Positions 26,765 to 28,422 of a DNA stretch of 28,422 nt are shown in pieces (position 1 is the first letter of the stretch; every line of letters starts with the position of its first letter). A program made the position numbers and the translations under genes. This DNA is from a virus. Taxonomy: Duplodnaviria > Caudoviricetes. Under the pieces are notes generated by a model. It was not told where the DNA came from, ran no database searches, and saw only the letters and a program-made list of their open reading frames with translations. Location of the stretch: IMG/VR virus record IMGVR_UViG_3300009419_000963, positions 1 through 28,422 of that record; one strand, written 5' to 3'.

Positions 26765-27955
26765 ATGGATAAGAAAGCACACGTTGAAGTTTACAAACTT
26801 CGCACAATTGAGAGATGTGAGACATCACCTCAAATTAAGTTAATGAGTATGAACAACTCAAAAAATATGTATGAGTACCTAGCTAATGTTGATGGTACAT
26901 ACCAATCTTTTTTAGGCTTCCCACAGGAACAGCATTTAAGAGAAATTGTTGCGTTTTACCCTAATATGCCAACAGACCAAAAAGGTTCTAGGTACATCTG
27001 GGAGTACAACTTGGAGGTTGCTACAGACGAATATTTATTATTCTTAGAGCAAAATCCTACAGCAGACAGATTGAGCGTTGTTAACTACAAGAATAATAAA
27101 TCTTTAGTTCAATTATTAAAGAGCCATAGACAAGTTATTTGGAAAGACGGTGGAAGAGAGAATAAGAATACTAATATCAAGAGTGACGTAGTTATTTTTG
27201 AATTAGTTAATACAACTGAAATTACAAGTGTAAGAACTAAGTTAGAGAAGTTAGCTATCGAGGCAAGTGCTAAGATTAACTACTGGAGCGAGTTTGATAC
27301 TAAAACTTATTTAAACTTCTGTTACTTATGGGGTGTTCAAGGAATTGAAACTTTTACAAAAGAAGCTTTGTTCAGCTCTATGATTAATAGCGTAAAGGCT
27401 AACTTAGACAAGTACAGAGAAGTAATAGGCTGGTTAGATAACGAAACTAGAATCTATATTAGTATGGGTCTAGCTACCTTATTAAAAGATGAGAGCAAGA
27501 AGACTATTATAACAAAAGATGGTAACTACTACACCTTTAACAAGGAATTAGCAGGAGTTACTATCGATGAGGTTGTTAATTACTTTACTACTCATCCTCA
27601 GTCATATAGGTTATTAAAGAACTTATTAGATGTTAAGGATAGTATAGATGTTGAGTTGCCAAGCGCACCTAAGGTGTCAATGGATAAGAACGAAATAACT
27701 CCAGCTATCTCAGCAGCAGAGCAAGACAAAGAAAAAGAAAAGCACATTGCTGAAATTGAGCGTAAGTTAACTCAAGTAAAAGAAGGCAAGAACGTAATGG
27801 GAGAGAAAGAAAAAGGAAGATTTCCTTTAATAGATAACGTGTTGATTACCACTACAGACGTGTTGGCTCAATTGGCTAGTACAGAAATAGTAGTTAAGCA
27901 TGGCTTACAAACTCATTACTGGGCTAAAGCAAAAGAATACAAACTAACAAATTAA
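26765..27955 (+). CDS. Conserved structural-module protein (396 aa), reminiscent of the crAss gene that follows the major capsid gene
   Basis: Segment IITKDGNYYTFNKELAGVTIDEVVNYFTTHPQ resembles that family from memory; ORF itself is clear. Confidence 0.45.
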   Translation: MDKKAHVEVYKLRTIERCETSPQIKLMSMNNSKNMYEYLANVDGTYQSFLGFPQEQHLREIVAFYPNMPTDQKGSRYIWEYNLEVATDEYLLFLEQNPTADRLSVVNYKNNKSLVQLLKSHRQVIWKDGGRENKNTNIKSDVVIFELVNTTEITSVRTKLEKLAIEASAKINYWSEFDTKTYLNFCYLWGVQGIETFTKEALFSSMINSVKANLDKYREVIGWLDNETRIYISMGLATLLKDESKKTIITKDGNYYTFNKELAGVTIDEVVNYFTTHPQSYRLLKNLLDVKDSIDVELPSAPKVSMDKNEITPAISAAEQDKEKEKHIAEIERKLTQVKEGKNVMGEKEKGRFPLIDNVLITTTDVLAQLASTEIVVKHGLQTHYWAKAKEYKLTN

Positions 27956-27967
27956 TAATAATAGATA

Positions 27968-28422
27968 ATGAATAACGAGATAGGTTTATTTGACACGATA
28001 AGTGCGGATTATATAGTAGCAGGTGTAAAGATGGAGTTAGACTTAACTTCAACTACTACCCAAGACTTTTACTTAGAAAATAAAGTAAATGAGGGGATAG
28101 GAGCTTTACGCAGTGCATACACATTAATTCCAAGTATTGCTGTATTAAATATAGACCCTGATACGTTTTCAGCAAAGTTACCTAAAGGTTTTGTTAGACT
28201 AGTAGGTAAAAATTCAGTTAGAATATTAGATAACACAAGGAATCAGAGTGACAATGGGACGGTTATACTAGGTACAACCTCTCCCATTGGTAACTCGAAT
28301 GGATTCTATAAAGGAGATTTAGCTATTAACTTTACCGCACAGGTAGTTGATGGTTACTTGTACTTTGGTAGTGCTATTACACAGACAATGTGTGAAATAA
28401 GTTATATCGGAACAAACATAGA
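27968..28422 (+). CDS. Putative ring/head-tail adaptor protein, 3' truncated
   Basis: Open from ATG 27968 to window end (MNNEIGLFDTISADYIVAGVKMEL...AKLPKGFVRL...GYLYF...ISYIGTNI), similar in pattern to crAss ring proteins; absent from the ORF track because it has no stop. Confidence 0.5.
   Translation, partial: MNNEIGLFDTISADYIVAGVKMELDLTSTTTQDFYLENKVNEGIGALRSAYTLIPSIAVLNIDPDTFSAKLPKGFVRLVGKNSVRILDNTRNQSDNGTVILGTTSPIGNSNGFYKGDLAINFTAQVVDGYLYFGSAITQTMCEISYIGTNI

Noticed and set aside
2961-26828. Minus-strand ORFs of 60-145 aa in the ORF track
   Set aside because: All lie antisense to long plus-strand genes and have Ser/Phe/Leu-rich shadow composition.

Overview
All-plus-strand, AT-rich fragment of a tailed phage genome that very likely infects a Bacteroidota host (repeated TTTG-N18-20-TAnnTTTG promoters, A-rich leaders without Shine-Dalgarno sites) and has crAss-like virion genes. 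From left to right: the 3' part of a DnaB helicase, three small hypothetical genes, a promoter/terminator junction, a cluster of probable ejected (internal virion) proteins of 223, 446, 1366, 389, 1338 and 1233 aa interrupted by a ferritin gene, a degenerate tRNA-like element and a ~430 nt non-coding structured region, a duplicated tail hub/fibre-like module, putative small and large terminase, portal, a crAss-type structural gene and a truncated ring/adaptor-like gene. Most notable: (1) the three giant proteins contain only four Cys in ~3,940 aa, all at matching end-of-module or MAC-start positions, next to a CxxC protein, suggesting a head-to-tail linked cargo chain; (2) a 45-aa gene nested out of frame inside the 1338-aa gene; (3) a promoter, antiterminator-like leader, terminator and multi-helix ncRNA between two giant genes; (4) a probable -1 frameshift in the 389-aa gene. 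Product calls rest on motif recognition only; no database searches were run.
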